The position numbers and the translations under genes are program-made. A stretch of DNA of 28,127 nucleotides, from the NCBI GenBank assembly GCA_034717975.1, contig JAYEMF010000001.1, positions 1-28,127 on the forward strand, written 5' to 3'. The notes under the pieces were generated by a model. The model saw only the letters and a program-made list of their open reading frames with translations. It made no database searches and was not told where the DNA came from. Shown in pieces: positions 28,005-28,127 of this stretch. The stretch is from Campylobacterota bacterium. Its GTDB lineage: Bacteria > Campylobacterota > Campylobacteria > Campylobacterales > Sulfurimonadaceae. Numbering within the stretch: the first letter of the stretch is position 1; each line of letters begins with the position of its first letter.

Positions 28005-28127
28005 ATGAACCAATGGATGAAAATAGCATATGACGAAGCAACGGAAGGGATGCTGGCCGATGAAGGCGGGCCTTTTGGAGCTGTCATCGTTAAAGACAGT
28101 GAAGTAATAGCAGCGGCACATAATGAA
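28005..28127 (+). CDS. Nucleoside/guanine deaminase (CDA superfamily), N-terminal part (runs off window)
   Basis: Manual translation MNQWMKIAYDEATEGMLADEGGPFGAVIVKDSEVIAAAHNE; the GGPFGAVIV..G/S..IA...N motif; -10 TACAAT at 27993-27998. Confidence 0.82.
   Translation, partial: MNQWMKIAYDEATEGMLADEGGPFGAVIVKDSEVIAAAHNE

Overview
Campylobacterota (Epsilonproteobacteria, Sulfurimonas/Sulfuricurvum-like) chromosomal window. The taxonomy is inferred from gene content: no rpmD, secY-map-infA order, nfu-hypothetical-murE order, Helicobacter-type Mqo, and an ATP-binding gene near rpsJ. Most of the window is the minus-strand S10-spc-alpha ribosomal cluster (rpsJ to infA, then rpmJ to rplQ). It is split between infA and rpmJ by a ~7 kb block of unrelated genes: mqo, a GT4 glycosyltransferase, TraB/GumN, CvfB, small hypotheticals, and an atypical IscU-like/ferritin-like pair. 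The left end holds murE, nfu, an aldo-keto reductase and a higBA toxin-antitoxin locus. Its toxin carries two lesions: a stop at codon 4, and a 130-bp composite MITE (16-bp perfect TIRs, 7-bp target duplication, internal pair of REP-like palindromes) that cuts off the catalytic C-terminus. Other notable items are two long structured non-coding regions in the ribosomal cluster (the rpmJ leader with alternative SD-sequestering pairing, and the rpsN-rpsH spacer), an apparently inactive membrane-anchored peptide deformylase homologue with a CxxC motif, an uncalled small membrane protein, three apparently leaderless genes, and an (AGGGAAG)n tandem repeat. All product calls come from motif recognition by eye; no database searches or folding programs were run.
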